Shown here: positions 1 to 8,791 of the stretch, one piece after another
Numbering within the stretch: the stretch's first letter is position 1
How the letters are laid out: each line of letters opens with the position of its first letter
Assembly: GCA_902790495.1 (NCBI GenBank)
Contig: CADASK010000024.1
Location: forward strand, 5,625-69,624
Length of the DNA: 64,000 nucleotides
Source: an uncultured Eubacteriales bacterium
GTDB lineage: Bacteria; Bacillota; Clostridia; Christensenellales; Aristaeellaceae
Direction: 5' to 3'
Translations under genes and position numbers: made by a program
Notes under the pieces: generated by a model
Seen by the model: the letters and a program-made list of their open reading frames with translations, nothing else
Told to the model about the DNA's origin: nothing
The model's database searches: none

Positions 1-2
1 GG

Positions 3-191
3 CTTTATCTGGTGGCCTGCCCCATGAAGGGCTGCGCCGGCCCGTCGTCCGACGCCAGCATGACCAGGCTCGTGCACGAGCACACCCAGGAGTCCATCGA
101 CCATGTGAAGGAGTATCTCGGCATGGATCTGCGCATCGGCGCGGAGGCTGTGCTGCCCTCGATCGTGCAGCTGGCGGGATTGCAATTGTAA
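3..191 (+). CDS. 3' end of an unidentified protein gene (start lies upstream of window)
   Basis: Frame 3 is open from the window edge to TAA 189-191 (...LYLVACPMKGCAGPSSDASMTRLVHEHTQESIDHVKEYLGMDLRIGAEAVLPSIVQLAGLQL). GC-rich third codon positions as in neighbours. No family recognised. Confidence 0.5.
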   Translation, partial: LYLVACPMKGCAGPSSDASMTRLVHEHTQESIDHVKEYLGMDLRIGAEAVLPSIVQLAGLQL

Positions 192-227
192 CCCTTTGAC
201 TGTTATCACACCTTAAAGAGCGGCAGG

Positions 228-285
228 CGAAGGGGTGCAGGGGGCGATCGCAAAGCCCCCTGCCCGCGCCCGCAGGCGCGGAACC
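228..285 (+). repeat. Family-1 bipartite hairpin repeat, short form (copy C1)
   Basis: cgaaggggt GCAGGGGG cgatcgcaaag CCCCCTGC CCGCGCC cgca GGCGCGG aacc: two adjacent perfect hairpins (H1, H2). Intergenic. Confidence 0.9.
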
Positions 286-352
286 TGATGCAGTTGAACT
301 ACGGAAGCTCATGAGCTACCGCTACATAGACAAATCAAGGAGGTCAATCGCT

Positions 353-1408
353 ATGGGAATCTTTGACGTGCTGCGCAGCCAGGCCATCGACGTGATCGAA
401 TGGTCCGACAGCAGCTCCAACACCATCGTGCACAAGTACGACATGAACGGCAAGGAGATCATGATGGGCGCGCAGCTCACCGTGCGCGAGAGTCAGGTGG
501 CGATCTTCGTCAACGAGGGTCAGCTCGCCGACATCTTCCAGCCCGGCCGCTACGAGCTGCAGACCTCCAACATGCCGATCATGACCGCGCTGAAGGCCTG
601 GAAGTTCGGCTTCAACAGCCCCTTCAAGGCGGACGTGTACTTCATCAACACCCGCCAGTTCCTCGACCTGAAGTGGGGCACGGCCAACCCCGTGATGATG
701 CGGGACGCCGAGTTCGGCATGATCCGCCTGCGCGCCTTCGGCAACTACGCCTTCCGCGTGGTGGACCCCGAGACCCTGCTGCGCGAGTGCTTCGGCACCG
801 CCAAGACCTACACCGTGGAGGACATCGAGGGCCAGATCAAGCGCACCGTGGTCTCCAATCTCTCCGACGCCATCGCCGAGAGCAAGATCCCCGCGCTGGA
901 CATCGCCGCCAACTACGACGAGCTGGCCGGCTACGTGCTGCAGGCCGTGAACCCCAAGGTCGCGGGCCTGGGCGTGCAGCTGACCGCCTTCACCATTGAG
1001 AACGTGTCCCTGCCCGAGGAGGTCGAGAAGGCGATGGATCGCCGCACCTCCATGGGCGTGGTCGGCGACCTGAACAAGTACACCCAGTACCAGGCGGCCG
1101 AGGCCCTGCGCGAGAGCGCCAACAACCCCTCCGGCATGGCCGGCGCGGGTGTCGGCGTGGGCGCGGGCGTGGCCATGGGCCAGGCCTTCGCCAGCGCGAT
1201 GCAGGCCAACCAGGCGCCCGCCGCCCAGGCTGCCCCCGCGGCCGCTGCCGGCAGCTTCTGCCCCGCCTGCGGCAAGCCCGTGCCCGCCGGCGCGAGGTTC
1301 TGCCCCAACTGCGGCCAGAAGCAGAGCGCCGATCCCGTGTGCCCCGCCTGCGGCGAGCCCGTGCCCGCCGGCGCGAAGTTCTGCCCGAATTGCGGGAAGA
1401 AGATGTAA
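353..1408 (+). CDS. SPFH/band-7 domain protein with two C-terminal zinc-ribbon motifs (YdjI-like)
   Basis: ATG 353 lies 9 nt after AAGGAGG. The long ORF beginning MGIFDVLRSQAIDVIEWSD... resembles SPFH-domain proteins. The C-terminus carries two copies of CPACGxPVPAGAxFCPNCGxK. Confidence 0.75.
   Translation: MGIFDVLRSQAIDVIEWSDSSSNTIVHKYDMNGKEIMMGAQLTVRESQVAIFVNEGQLADIFQPGRYELQTSNMPIMTALKAWKFGFNSPFKADVYFINTRQFLDLKWGTANPVMMRDAEFGMIRLRAFGNYAFRVVDPETLLRECFGTAKTYTVEDIEGQIKRTVVSNLSDAIAESKIPALDIAANYDELAGYVLQAVNPKVAGLGVQLTAFTIENVSLPEEVEKAMDRRTSMGVVGDLNKYTQYQAAEALRESANNPSGMAGAGVGVGAGVAMGQAFASAMQANQAPAAQAAPAAAAGSFCPACGKPVPAGARFCPNCGQKQSADPVCPACGEPVPAGAKFCPNCGKKM
1256..1402 (+). repeat. In-frame tandem duplication (period 81 nt) encoding the two zinc ribbons
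   Basis: ttctgccccgcctgcggcaagcccgtgcccgccggcgcgaggttctgcccc... at 1256 recurs as gtgtgccccgcctgcggcgagcccgtgcccgccggcgcgaagttctgcccg... at 1337. Confidence 0.85.
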
Positions 1409-1429
1409 TCCTGTCCCGATGAAAGCCTT

Positions 1430-1459
1430 GCCCGGAGTCCTTGCGGCTCCGGGCTTTTT
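1430..1459 (+). terminator. Rho-independent terminator after the SPFH gene
   Basis: GCCCGGAG tccttgcgg CTCCGGGC followed by TTTTT. Confidence 0.8.
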
Positions 1460-1504
1460 CTGTCGAAAGCGACGCGCCCCTTCCATATTCATGTCTTTTT
1501 TGTG

Positions 1505-1533
1505 TTGACAATCGACCAGAAATACAGTATACT
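1505..1533 (+). promoter_or_regulatory. Sigma-70-type promoter of the ABC transporter operon
   Basis: TTGACA (1505-1510), 17-nt spacer, TATACT (1528-1533). Confidence 0.6.
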
Positions 1534-1589
1534 TTCAACAGAACAAGAGCAGCGAAATGCTCGGACAATACAGAAAGGGGATCCGTACC

Positions 1590-2621
1590 ATGAAGAAGTT
1601 TTTGGCTGTCGTTCTGGCCCTGACCATGCTGCTGGGCCTGTGCTCCTTTGCCGTCGCCGAGGACGACGTGCTGGTGATCTACTCCGCCCGCAATGAGCGG
1701 CTGAACAACATCGTCATCCCCGCCTTTGAGGCCGCCACCGGCATCAAGGTCGAGATGATCACCGGCTCCTCCGGCGAGGTGCTGCAGCGCGTGAAGAGCG
1801 AGGTCGAGACCGGCAACGTGACCGTGGACATCCACTGGGCCGCCGACGAGACCATGCTGGCCGCCAACCGCGACCTGTTCGAGGTCTATGTCTCCACCGA
1901 GAACGACGCCCTCTATCCGAAGTTCCAGAATGACGGCACCAACGTGTTCAACAACGCCTATGCCGAGCCCAACGTCATGATCGTCAACACCGACGTGCTG
2001 AAGGAGCTGGGCATCGAGGTCAACGGCTACGCCGATCTGCTCCAGCCCCAGCTGAAGGGCAAGATCATCTCCGCCGACCCCGCCAACTCCTCCTCCGCCT
2101 TCCAGTGCCTGATCGGCATGCTCTACGGCATGGGCAACGGTGACCCGATGAGCAAGGAAGCCTGGGACTTCATCGACGAGTTCCTGAAGATCAAGGGCGA
2201 CATCGCCGCCAACTCCTCCTCCCAGGTGTACAACGGCGTGGCCAACGGCGAGTATGCGGTGGGTCTGAGCTATGAGGATCCCTGCGTGGAGCTGCAGGCC
2301 CAGGGCGACAAGCCCGTGAAGGTCGTCTACGCGGTGGAAGGCACCGTGTACCCCGGCGAGTCCGTGCAGATCATCAAGGGCGCGCCCCACATGGAAGCCG
2401 CGAAGAAGTTCGTGGACTTCGTGCTGAGCGAGGAGAGTCAGACCGCCGTGGCCGCGGCCCTGAACCTGCGCCCCCTGCGCCAGGGCATCCCGGTCAACGA
2501 GAAGATGCTGCCCGACAGCGAGATCAAGCAGTTTGAGACCTACTCCACCAAGTTCGTGGCGGAGCACAAGGCCGAGATCGTGAAGATGTATCTCGACCAT
2601 GTGGAAATGAATATGGAATAA
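1590..2621 (+). CDS. ABC transporter substrate-binding protein, Fe(3+)-type (FbpA/AfuA-like)
   Basis: MKKFLAVVLALTMLLGLCSFA signal peptide. VIYSARNERL..AATGIKVEMITGSSGEVLQRVKSE resembles family-1 iron-type solute-binding proteins. RBS aaagggga upstream of ATG 1590. Confidence 0.75.
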   Translation: MKKFLAVVLALTMLLGLCSFAVAEDDVLVIYSARNERLNNIVIPAFEAATGIKVEMITGSSGEVLQRVKSEVETGNVTVDIHWAADETMLAANRDLFEVYVSTENDALYPKFQNDGTNVFNNAYAEPNVMIVNTDVLKELGIEVNGYADLLQPQLKGKIISADPANSSSAFQCLIGMLYGMGNGDPMSKEAWDFIDEFLKIKGDIAANSSSQVYNGVANGEYAVGLSYEDPCVELQAQGDKPVKVVYAVEGTVYPGESVQIIKGAPHMEAAKKFVDFVLSEESQTAVAAALNLRPLRQGIPVNEKMLPDSEIKQFETYSTKFVAEHKAEIVKMYLDHVEMNME

Positions 2622-2671
2622 GGCGTAAGTCTGCTCGTTTATCCTCTCCATCCATATTGCCTGCCAGCAAA

Positions 2672-2730
2672 GGATTCCGCGCCTGCGGGCGCGGGCCGGG
2701 GGCTTTGCGATCGCCCCCGGCACCCCTTCG
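2672..2730 (-). repeat. Family-1 repeat, short form (C2), intercistronic
   Basis: The reverse complement reads cgaaggggt GCCGGGGG cgatcgcaaag CCCCCGGC CCGCGCC cgca GGCGCGG aatcc. Lies between the SBP and ATPase genes of one operon. Confidence 0.9.
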
Positions 2731-2838
2731 CCCGCCCGTCTTATATGGCTGGAAAGAGGCTAGTAACTCAATGAAGCCGGGGCGTTCTGCGGCTGTGCGG
2801 AACAGCCCCGGCTTTTCCAAAAGAAGGAGAGGAATCAT

Positions 2839-3918
2839 ATGGGTGTCGCCATTCATGTGGACAACGTGACCAAAGCCTACGGCAAAAACATCGTCATCCA
2901 GGGTCTCTCCGCCGAGATCAAGCCCGGCGAATTCTTCACCCTGCTGGGCCCCTCCGGCTGCGGCAAAACCACCCTGCTGCGCATGATCATCGGCTTCAAC
3001 TCCATCGAGGGCGGCGAGATCCGCGTGGACGACAAGGTGATCAACAACATCCCCACCAACAAGCGCAACATGGGCATGGTGTTCCAGAACTACGCCGTGT
3101 TCCCCCACATGTCCGTGCGCGACAACGTCGCCTACGGACTCAAGACCCGCCGGGTGCCCCGGGAGGAGCGCTACCGCCGGGCCGATGAGATCCTCAAGCT
3201 GGTGAAAATCGACCAGTACGCCGACCGCATGCCGACCCAGCTCTCCGGCGGCCAGCAGCAGCGCGTCGCCCTGGCCCGCGCCATCGTCATCGAGCCCGAG
3301 GTGCTGCTGATGGACGAGCCGCTGAGCAACCTGGACGCCAAGCTGCGCGTGGAGATGCGCAACGTCATCAAGCAGATCCAGCACCAGATCGGCATCACCA
3401 CGGTCTACGTGACCCACGACCAGGAGGAGGCCCTGGCCATCTCCGACCGCATCGCCGTGATGCACGGCGGCGTGATCCAGCAGATCGGCACGCCGAAGTA
3501 CATCTACCAGCGCCCGGCCAACGAGTTCGTCTCCACCTTCATCGGCCTGAGCAACCTGCTGGACGCCACCTGCAGCAATGACACCCTGGACTTCGGCTGC
3601 GGCTACCGCGTGCCCATGACCACCCTGCGCCCCGGCGTGAACGGCCCCGTGCACGTGGCGGTGCGCCCGGAGGAGTTCACCATCCACCAGGATGGCGCGC
3701 CGGGCATCCCCGCCACGGTGCAGAGCAGTGTGTTCCTGGGCATGACCCAGCACTACTTCATGCGCCTGGAGGGCGGCAAGGAGATCGAGGTGGTGGAGAA
3801 CAGCGACCTGACCGACATCCTGCCAGACGGCGCGAAGGTGACCCTGCAGATCGTGCCCCACAAGGTGAACGTGTTTGACGCCGCCAGCCGCACCACCCTG
3901 ATCCGGGAGGAGGCCTGA
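2839..3918 (+). CDS. ABC transporter ATP-binding protein (FbpC/PotA-like)
   Basis: Walker A GPSGCGKTT, signature LSGGQQQRVALARA, Walker B LLMDEPLS. RBS aaggaga upstream. Confidence 0.9.
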   Translation: MGVAIHVDNVTKAYGKNIVIQGLSAEIKPGEFFTLLGPSGCGKTTLLRMIIGFNSIEGGEIRVDDKVINNIPTNKRNMGMVFQNYAVFPHMSVRDNVAYGLKTRRVPREERYRRADEILKLVKIDQYADRMPTQLSGGQQQRVALARAIVIEPEVLLMDEPLSNLDAKLRVEMRNVIKQIQHQIGITTVYVTHDQEEALAISDRIAVMHGGVIQQIGTPKYIYQRPANEFVSTFIGLSNLLDATCSNDTLDFGCGYRVPMTTLRPGVNGPVHVAVRPEEFTIHQDGAPGIPATVQSSVFLGMTQHYFMRLEGGKEIEVVENSDLTDILPDGAKVTLQIVPHKVNVFDAASRTTLIREEA

Positions 3919-3923
3919 GCGCC

Positions 3924-5579
3924 ATGACAAAACGCCGCTATTCCCCGATCTGGACCTTCCTGGCCCTGGCCATCCTGGCGCTGTTCATCATCTTCGTGGT
4001 GTACCCGCTGGCCCTGGTGCTCTACAAGAGCGTGGTGGACCCCACCACCAACGGCTTCACCCTGGAGAACTTCACCCGCTTCTTCACCCGCAAGTATTAC
4101 ACCAACACCCTGAAGAACTCCTTCAGCGTGACCATCGTGTCCACTCTCATCAGCGCGACGCTGGGCCTGGTGATCGCCTACATCACCCGGCAGTACCGCA
4201 TCGCGGGCAGCAAGTGGCTGAACATCGCCATCGTGGTCAGCTACCTGTCGCCGCCCTTCATCGGCGCCTACGCCTGGATCCAGCTGCTGGGCCGCAACGG
4301 CATCTTCACCCGCTTCATCAACGGGGTCTTCGGCGCGAACTTCGGCGGCATCTACGGCTTCGCGGGCATCGTGCTGGTGTTCTCCCTGCAGTCCTTCCCG
4401 CTGGTGTACATGTACGTCAGCGGCGCGCTGCAGAACCTGGACAACTCCCTGAATGAGGCCGCCGAGAGCCTGGGCGCGAACAACTTCCAACGCGTCACCG
4501 GCATCATCCTGCCGCTGGTGCTGCCCACGGTGCTGGCCTCGGGCCTGCTGGTGTTCATGCGCGTGTTCAGCGACTTCGGCACGCCCATGCTCATCGGCGA
4601 GGGCTACCGCACCTTCCCCGTGGTGCTGTACAACCAGTTCATGGGCGAGGTGACCAACGACAGCTACTTTGCCGCGGCCCTGTGCGTCATCATCATGGCC
4701 ATCACGCTGGTGTTCTTCTTCCTGCAGCGGTGGATTGCCGCGCGCCACAGCTACGCCATGTCGGCCCTGAAGCCCATGCAGCCCCGCGCCCAGCGCCCGC
4801 TGCCGAAGGCTCTGTGCCATATCTTCGTCTACCTCGTGGTGCTCATCGCCCTCCTGCCGCAGATCACGGTCATTGTGACCTCCTTCCTGAAGGAGTCCAC
4901 GCCGGGCATCTTCACCACCGAGCTGTCCCTCATCAACTATGAGACCATCTTCTCCAAGAACCCGCGCGTGATCCCGAACACCTACCTCTTCGGCCTGGCG
5001 GCCATTGCCCTGGTGGTCATCTTCGGCGTGCTGATCTCCTACCTGGCGGTGCGGCGCAAATCCGTCATCACCACCACGGTGGATACCTTGACCATGCTGC
5101 CCTACATCATCCCGGGCTCCGTGCTGGGCATCTGCTTCCTGTACGCCTTCGCCACCAAGCCCCTGGCGCTGACGGGCACCGCGGCCATCATCATCATCGC
5201 GCTGACCGTGCGCCGCATGCCCTACACGATCCGCTCCTCCACCGCCATCATCAGCCAGATCAGCCCCTCCATCGAGGAGGCCGCGGTCTCCCTGGGCGCG
5301 TCCGAGGTGCGCTCCTTCGGCGAGATCATGCTGCCGATGATGATGCCCGGCGTCATCTCCGGCGCCATCATGAGCTGGGTGACGGTGATCAGCGAGCTGT
5401 CCAGCTCCATCATGCTCTACCGCGCATCGACCCAGACCCTGACCGTCGCGGTCTACACAGAGGTCATCCGCGACTGCTTCGGCAACGCCGCGGCCTATTC
5501 CACGGTGCTGACCGTGACGAGCATTGTGTCGCTGCTGCTGTTCTTTAAGCTCACGGGCAGAAGGGATATCAGTGTCTGA
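3924..5579 (+). CDS. ABC transporter permease, duplicated two-domain type (FbpB-like)
   Basis: 551-aa highly hydrophobic protein with two permease halves. Starts 5 nt after the ATPase stop. Confidence 0.85.
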   Translation: MTKRRYSPIWTFLALAILALFIIFVVYPLALVLYKSVVDPTTNGFTLENFTRFFTRKYYTNTLKNSFSVTIVSTLISATLGLVIAYITRQYRIAGSKWLNIAIVVSYLSPPFIGAYAWIQLLGRNGIFTRFINGVFGANFGGIYGFAGIVLVFSLQSFPLVYMYVSGALQNLDNSLNEAAESLGANNFQRVTGIILPLVLPTVLASGLLVFMRVFSDFGTPMLIGEGYRTFPVVLYNQFMGEVTNDSYFAAALCVIIMAITLVFFFLQRWIAARHSYAMSALKPMQPRAQRPLPKALCHIFVYLVVLIALLPQITVIVTSFLKESTPGIFTTELSLINYETIFSKNPRVIPNTYLFGLAAIALVVIFGVLISYLAVRRKSVITTTVDTLTMLPYIIPGSVLGICFLYAFATKPLALTGTAAIIIIALTVRRMPYTIRSSTAIISQISPSIEEAAVSLGASEVRSFGEIMLPMMMPGVISGAIMSWVTVISELSSSIMLYRASTQTLTVAVYTEVIRDCFGNAAAYSTVLTVTSIVSLLLFFKLTGRRDISV

Positions 5580-5629
5580 GTAACTTTTTTCTAACCAGCC
5601 CTATCCTCATGTTCAACGTAAGGGCGATG

Positions 5630-5755
5630 CGAAGGGGTCCCGGGGGCTCGGAGCGCCCGGAAAACGCCATGTTATGGCGTTTTCAGCGGAGAGCGGGCGG
5701 CAGCCCCGGACCGACCGCAAAGCCCCCGGGTCGCGGCCCGCAGGCCGCGAAATCC
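5630..5755 (+). repeat. Family-1 repeat, long form (C3)
   Basis: cgaaggggt CCCGGGGG [ctcggagcgcccgGAAAACGCCATgttATGGCGTTTTCagcggagagcgggcggcagccccggaccga] ccgcaaag CCCCCGGG TCGCGGCC cgca GGCCGCGA aatcc. Confidence 0.9.
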
Positions 5756-5776
5756 TCTTGCTGACATAAAAAGAGA

Positions 5777-5819
5777 CCACAGGTTCCTTACCTTTACAAG
5801 GTAAAGCCTGTGGCCTTTT
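5777..5819. terminator. Bidirectional terminator between the ABC operon and clpB
   Basis: CCACAGG ttcc TTACCTT tac AAGGTAA ag CCTGTGG nested hairpin, flanked by an A-run upstream and a T-run downstream. Confidence 0.7.
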
Positions 5820-5834
5820 CCATATGTAAGCGGA

Positions 5835-5892
5835 GTTTCCGCGCCTGCGGGCGCGGGTCAGGGGCTTTGCGGTCGCCCCTGACAACCCTTCG
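5835..5892 (-). repeat. Family-1 repeat, short form (C4)
   Basis: The reverse complement reads cgaagggtt GTCAGGGG cgaccgcaaag CCCCTGAC CCGCGCC cgca GGCGCGG aaac. Confidence 0.9.
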
Positions 5893-5933
5893 CGTCGCCT
5901 CCTGGTGATCAACGATAAAGTTGATCATGGAAG

Positions 5934-8531
5934 TTACACTGTGACAAACTGTCCATCCCTGACATCGACGGTGATCTCCTCCCCGGGCTTCACCGCGCCG
6001 GCGACGATCTTCCTCGCCACCAAGGTCTCCACGCGGCTCTGCAGGAAGCGCTTGAGCGGGCGCGCGCCGTAGACCGGGTCGAAGCCCTGGTCGATGACCT
6101 GCCGCATGGCCTCGTCGGTCAGCGTCACGTGCAGGCGGCTGTCCTTCAGGCGGTCGTTCAGGCTGTTCACCATCAGGCCCACGATGCGGGTGATCTCCTC
6201 GCGGCCCAGGGGCTTGTAGCAGATGATCTCGTCAATCCGGTTCAGGAACTCGGGGCGGAAGTGGGTCTTCAGCAGGCGGTCCACGATGCCGCGGGCCTCC
6301 TCGGAGATCTCGCCGTCGCGGATGCCCTCGAGGATCGCGTCGCTGCCCAGGTTGCTGGTCATGATGAGGATCGTGTTCTTGAAGTCCACGGTGCGGCCCT
6401 GGCTGTCGGTGATGCGGCCGTCGTCCAGCACCTGCAGCAGCACGTTGAACACATCCGGGTGCGCCTTCTCCACCTCGTCGAACAGCACGACGCTGTAGGG
6501 CTTGCGGCGCACGGCCTCGGTCAGCTGGCCGCCCTCGTCGTAGCCGACGTATCCGGGAGGCGCTCCGATGAGACGGGACACGGAGAACTTCTCCATGTAT
6601 TCCGACATATCGATGCGGATCAGGTTCTTCTCGTCGTCGAACAGGGCCTGGGCCAGAGCCTTGGCGAGCTCGGTCTTGCCGACGCCGGTCGGGCCGAGGA
6701 ACAGGAAGCTGCCCAGCGGGCGGTTCGGGTCCTGGATGCCCGCGCGGCTGCGCAGGATGGCCTCGCTGACCTTGGTCACGGCCTCGTCCTGGCCGATGAC
6801 GCGCTGGTGCAGGATGTCCGGCAGGTGCAGCAGCTTCTCGCGCTCGCCCTCCATGAGCTTGGCGACCGGGATGCCGGTCCAGCGGGCGACGATGCGGGCA
6901 ATCTCCTCGTCGGTCACGCGGTCGTGCAGCAGGCTGTCCTCGCCGCGGGCCTTTTCGGCCTCCGCCTCGGCCTCCTCCAGCTGCTTCTTCAGGGTGGGCA
7001 GGCGGCCGTACTTCAGCTCGGCGGCCTTGTTGAGGTCGTAGGCGCGCTCCGCCTTCTCAATCTCACCGTTCAGCTGCTCCAGCTGCTCGCGCAGGCTCGT
7101 GACCTTCTCGATCACGGCCTTCTCGCCCTCCCACTTGGCCTGCATGGCGTTGAAGCTGTCGCGCTCCTCCGCCAGCTGCTTCTGCACCTCCTCCAGGTGC
7201 GCCTTGGAGAGCTCGTCGTCGTCCTTCTTCAGGGCGGCCTCCTCGATCTCCAGCTGCATCATGCGGCGGCGTACCTCATCCATCTCGGTGGGCATGGAGT
7301 CGATCTCCGTGCGGATCATGGCGCAGGCCTCGTCCACCAGGTCGATGGCCTTGTCCGGCAGGAAGCGGTCGGTGATATAGCGGTTGGAGAGGGTCGCGGC
7401 GGAGATCAGGGCGCTGTCCTGAATCTTCACGCCGTGGAAGACCTCGTAGCGCTCCTTCAGGCCGCGCAGGATGGCGATGGTGTCCTCCACGGAGGGCTCG
7501 CCGACCATCACGGGCTGGAAGCGGCGCTCGAGGGCGGCGTCCTTCTCAATGTACTGGCGGTATTCGTTCAGCGTGGTCGCGCCGATGCAGTGCAGCTCGC
7601 CGCGGGCCAGCATGGGCTTGAGCAGGTTGCCGGCGTCCATGGCGCCCTCCGCCTTGCCCGCGCCGACGATGGTGTGCAGCTCGTCGATGAACAGCAGGAT
7701 GCGGCCCTCGCTCTTCTTAATCTCGGCCAGCACGGCCTTCAAGCGCTCCTCAAACTCGCCGCGGAACTTCGCGCCGGCGATCAGGCTGCCCATGTCCAGG
7801 GAGAACACGGACTTGTCCTTCAGGCTGTCCGGCACGTCGCCGCGCACGATGCGCTGGGCCAGGCCCTCGGCGATGGCGGTCTTGCCGACGCCGGGCTCGC
7901 CGATGAGCACCGGGTTGTTCTTGGTCTTGCGGCTGAGGATGCGGATCACGTTGCGGATCTCCGCGTCACGGCCGATGACCGGGTCGAGCTTCTGCTGCCG
8001 CGCCATCTCCACCAGGTCGGTGCCGTATTTCTTCAGCGAATCGTAGGTCTCCTCGGGGCTGTCGGAAGTCACGCGGGTCGCGCCGCGCACCTCGCTGAGG
8101 GCCTTGAGGAAGCGATTGAGGTCGAAGCCCGCGCGGCTGAGCACGGTCTTCATGCGCTCGTTGGGCTTCGAGGCCAGGCCCATCCACAGATGCTCCACGG
8201 AGATGTACTCGTCCTTCATCTGCTTGGCGCGGGCGTCGGCCTCGTTCAGGGCCTTGTCCAGCTCCTGGGTGATGTAGACCTTGTCGGCCTCCCGCCCGGG
8301 GCCGGAGACCCGCGGCATGCGCTCCAGGGCATCCTGCACGGCGGCCTTCAGGCTGTCCGCGCTGACCCCGCACTTGCCCAGCAGCTGCGGGATCAGCCCG
8401 CCCGCGTCCTCCAGCAGGGCCGAGGCCAGGTGCTCCTGATCCACCTGCATGTGCTGATAATCCACAGCGATGCGCTGCGCGCGCTGGATCGCCTCCAGCG
8501 ACTTCTGCGTATATTGGTTCATGGCTGCCAT
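5934..8531 (-). CDS. clpB: ATP-dependent chaperone ClpB
   Basis: 865 aa. Two AAA+ modules (GEPGVGKT and GPTGVGKT Walker A), a coiled-coil middle domain and a Clp N-domain. RBS aaggag 9 nt upstream of the ATG. Confidence 0.95.
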   Translation of the reverse strand: MAAMNQYTQKSLEAIQRAQRIAVDYQHMQVDQEHLASALLEDAGGLIPQLLGKCGVSADSLKAAVQDALERMPRVSGPGREADKVYITQELDKALNEADARAKQMKDEYISVEHLWMGLASKPNERMKTVLSRAGFDLNRFLKALSEVRGATRVTSDSPEETYDSLKKYGTDLVEMARQQKLDPVIGRDAEIRNVIRILSRKTKNNPVLIGEPGVGKTAIAEGLAQRIVRGDVPDSLKDKSVFSLDMGSLIAGAKFRGEFEERLKAVLAEIKKSEGRILLFIDELHTIVGAGKAEGAMDAGNLLKPMLARGELHCIGATTLNEYRQYIEKDAALERRFQPVMVGEPSVEDTIAILRGLKERYEVFHGVKIQDSALISAATLSNRYITDRFLPDKAIDLVDEACAMIRTEIDSMPTEMDEVRRRMMQLEIEEAALKKDDDELSKAHLEEVQKQLAEERDSFNAMQAKWEGEKAVIEKVTSLREQLEQLNGEIEKAERAYDLNKAAELKYGRLPTLKKQLEEAEAEAEKARGEDSLLHDRVTDEEIARIVARWTGIPVAKLMEGEREKLLHLPDILHQRVIGQDEAVTKVSEAILRSRAGIQDPNRPLGSFLFLGPTGVGKTELAKALAQALFDDEKNLIRIDMSEYMEKFSVSRLIGAPPGYVGYDEGGQLTEAVRRKPYSVVLFDEVEKAHPDVFNVLLQVLDDGRITDSQGRTVDFKNTILIMTSNLGSDAILEGIRDGEISEEARGIVDRLLKTHFRPEFLNRIDEIICYKPLGREEITRIVGLMVNSLNDRLKDSRLHVTLTDEAMRQVIDQGFDPVYGARPLKRFLQSRVETLVARKIVAGAVKPGEEITVDVRDGQFVTV

Positions 8532-8568
8532 AGCTGTCAGCTCCTTTGCGTTGGTCTGCAGGTCAAAG

Positions 8569-8585
8569 TCTGACTTTCTTTGACC
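8569..8585 (-). promoter_or_regulatory. Candidate CtsR operator upstream of clpB
   Basis: The minus strand reads GGTCAAA gaa AGTCAGA. This has one mismatch to the CtsR heptad direct-repeat consensus (A/G)GTCAAA-NAN-(A/G)GTCAAA. It sits immediately downstream of the -10 box. Confidence 0.5.
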
Positions 8586-8594
8586 TTCATCTGC

Positions 8595-8623
8595 ATTCTA
8601 CAGCATTTGGGGAAAGAATGCAA
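8595..8623 (-). promoter_or_regulatory. Sigma-70-type promoter of clpB
   Basis: Minus strand: TTGCAT, 17-nt spacer, TAGAAT. Confidence 0.55.
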
Positions 8624-8723
8624 GGGGGTGCGGGAAATTTTTGCAAATTCTTTTGCGGGTTATAAGCAGGAAAAGCGCGGACGGGGCAGGCGCAGGATTT
8701 CACCTTGCGTCTTTTCATTTTTA

Positions 8724-8752
8724 TTGAAGGCGCGGCACTTGTGTGATATAAT
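8724..8752 (+). promoter_or_regulatory. Promoter with extended -10 for the RM gene
   Basis: TTGAAG, 17-nt spacer, TGaTATAAT (TG at 8744-8745, TATAAT 8747-8752). Confidence 0.5.
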
Positions 8753-8791
8753 TCAATGGGGTTATGAAAACAGCAATATGGAGGTTTACCC

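Noticed and set aside
344-1492. Very long ORFs antisense to, or out of frame with, real genes. Examples are 344-1492(-), 990-2723(-), 6129-8573(+), 12120-14015(+), 14017-15747(+), 17451-19610(-), 22845-24785(+), 27346-29760(+) and 61725-63704(-).
   Set aside because: - They are expected artefacts of ~67% GC DNA, where stop codons are rare.
- Their translations are Arg/Ala/Gly/His/Pro-rich low-complexity strings with no motifs.
- Each overlaps a gene with clear family signatures and a good SD.
5613-5912. ORFs that run through the repeat elements. Examples are 5613-5912(-), 11918-12130(-), 19282-19739(+), 20780-21284 and 47371-47568(-), which give recurring peptides such as GSERPENAMLWRFQRRAGGSPGP and GDRKALCPRPQARN.
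   Set aside because: - The recurrence is explained by the DNA repeats.
- The copies lack start codons with an SD and occur in both orientations.
- Substitutions between copies preserve base pairing rather than amino-acid sequence.
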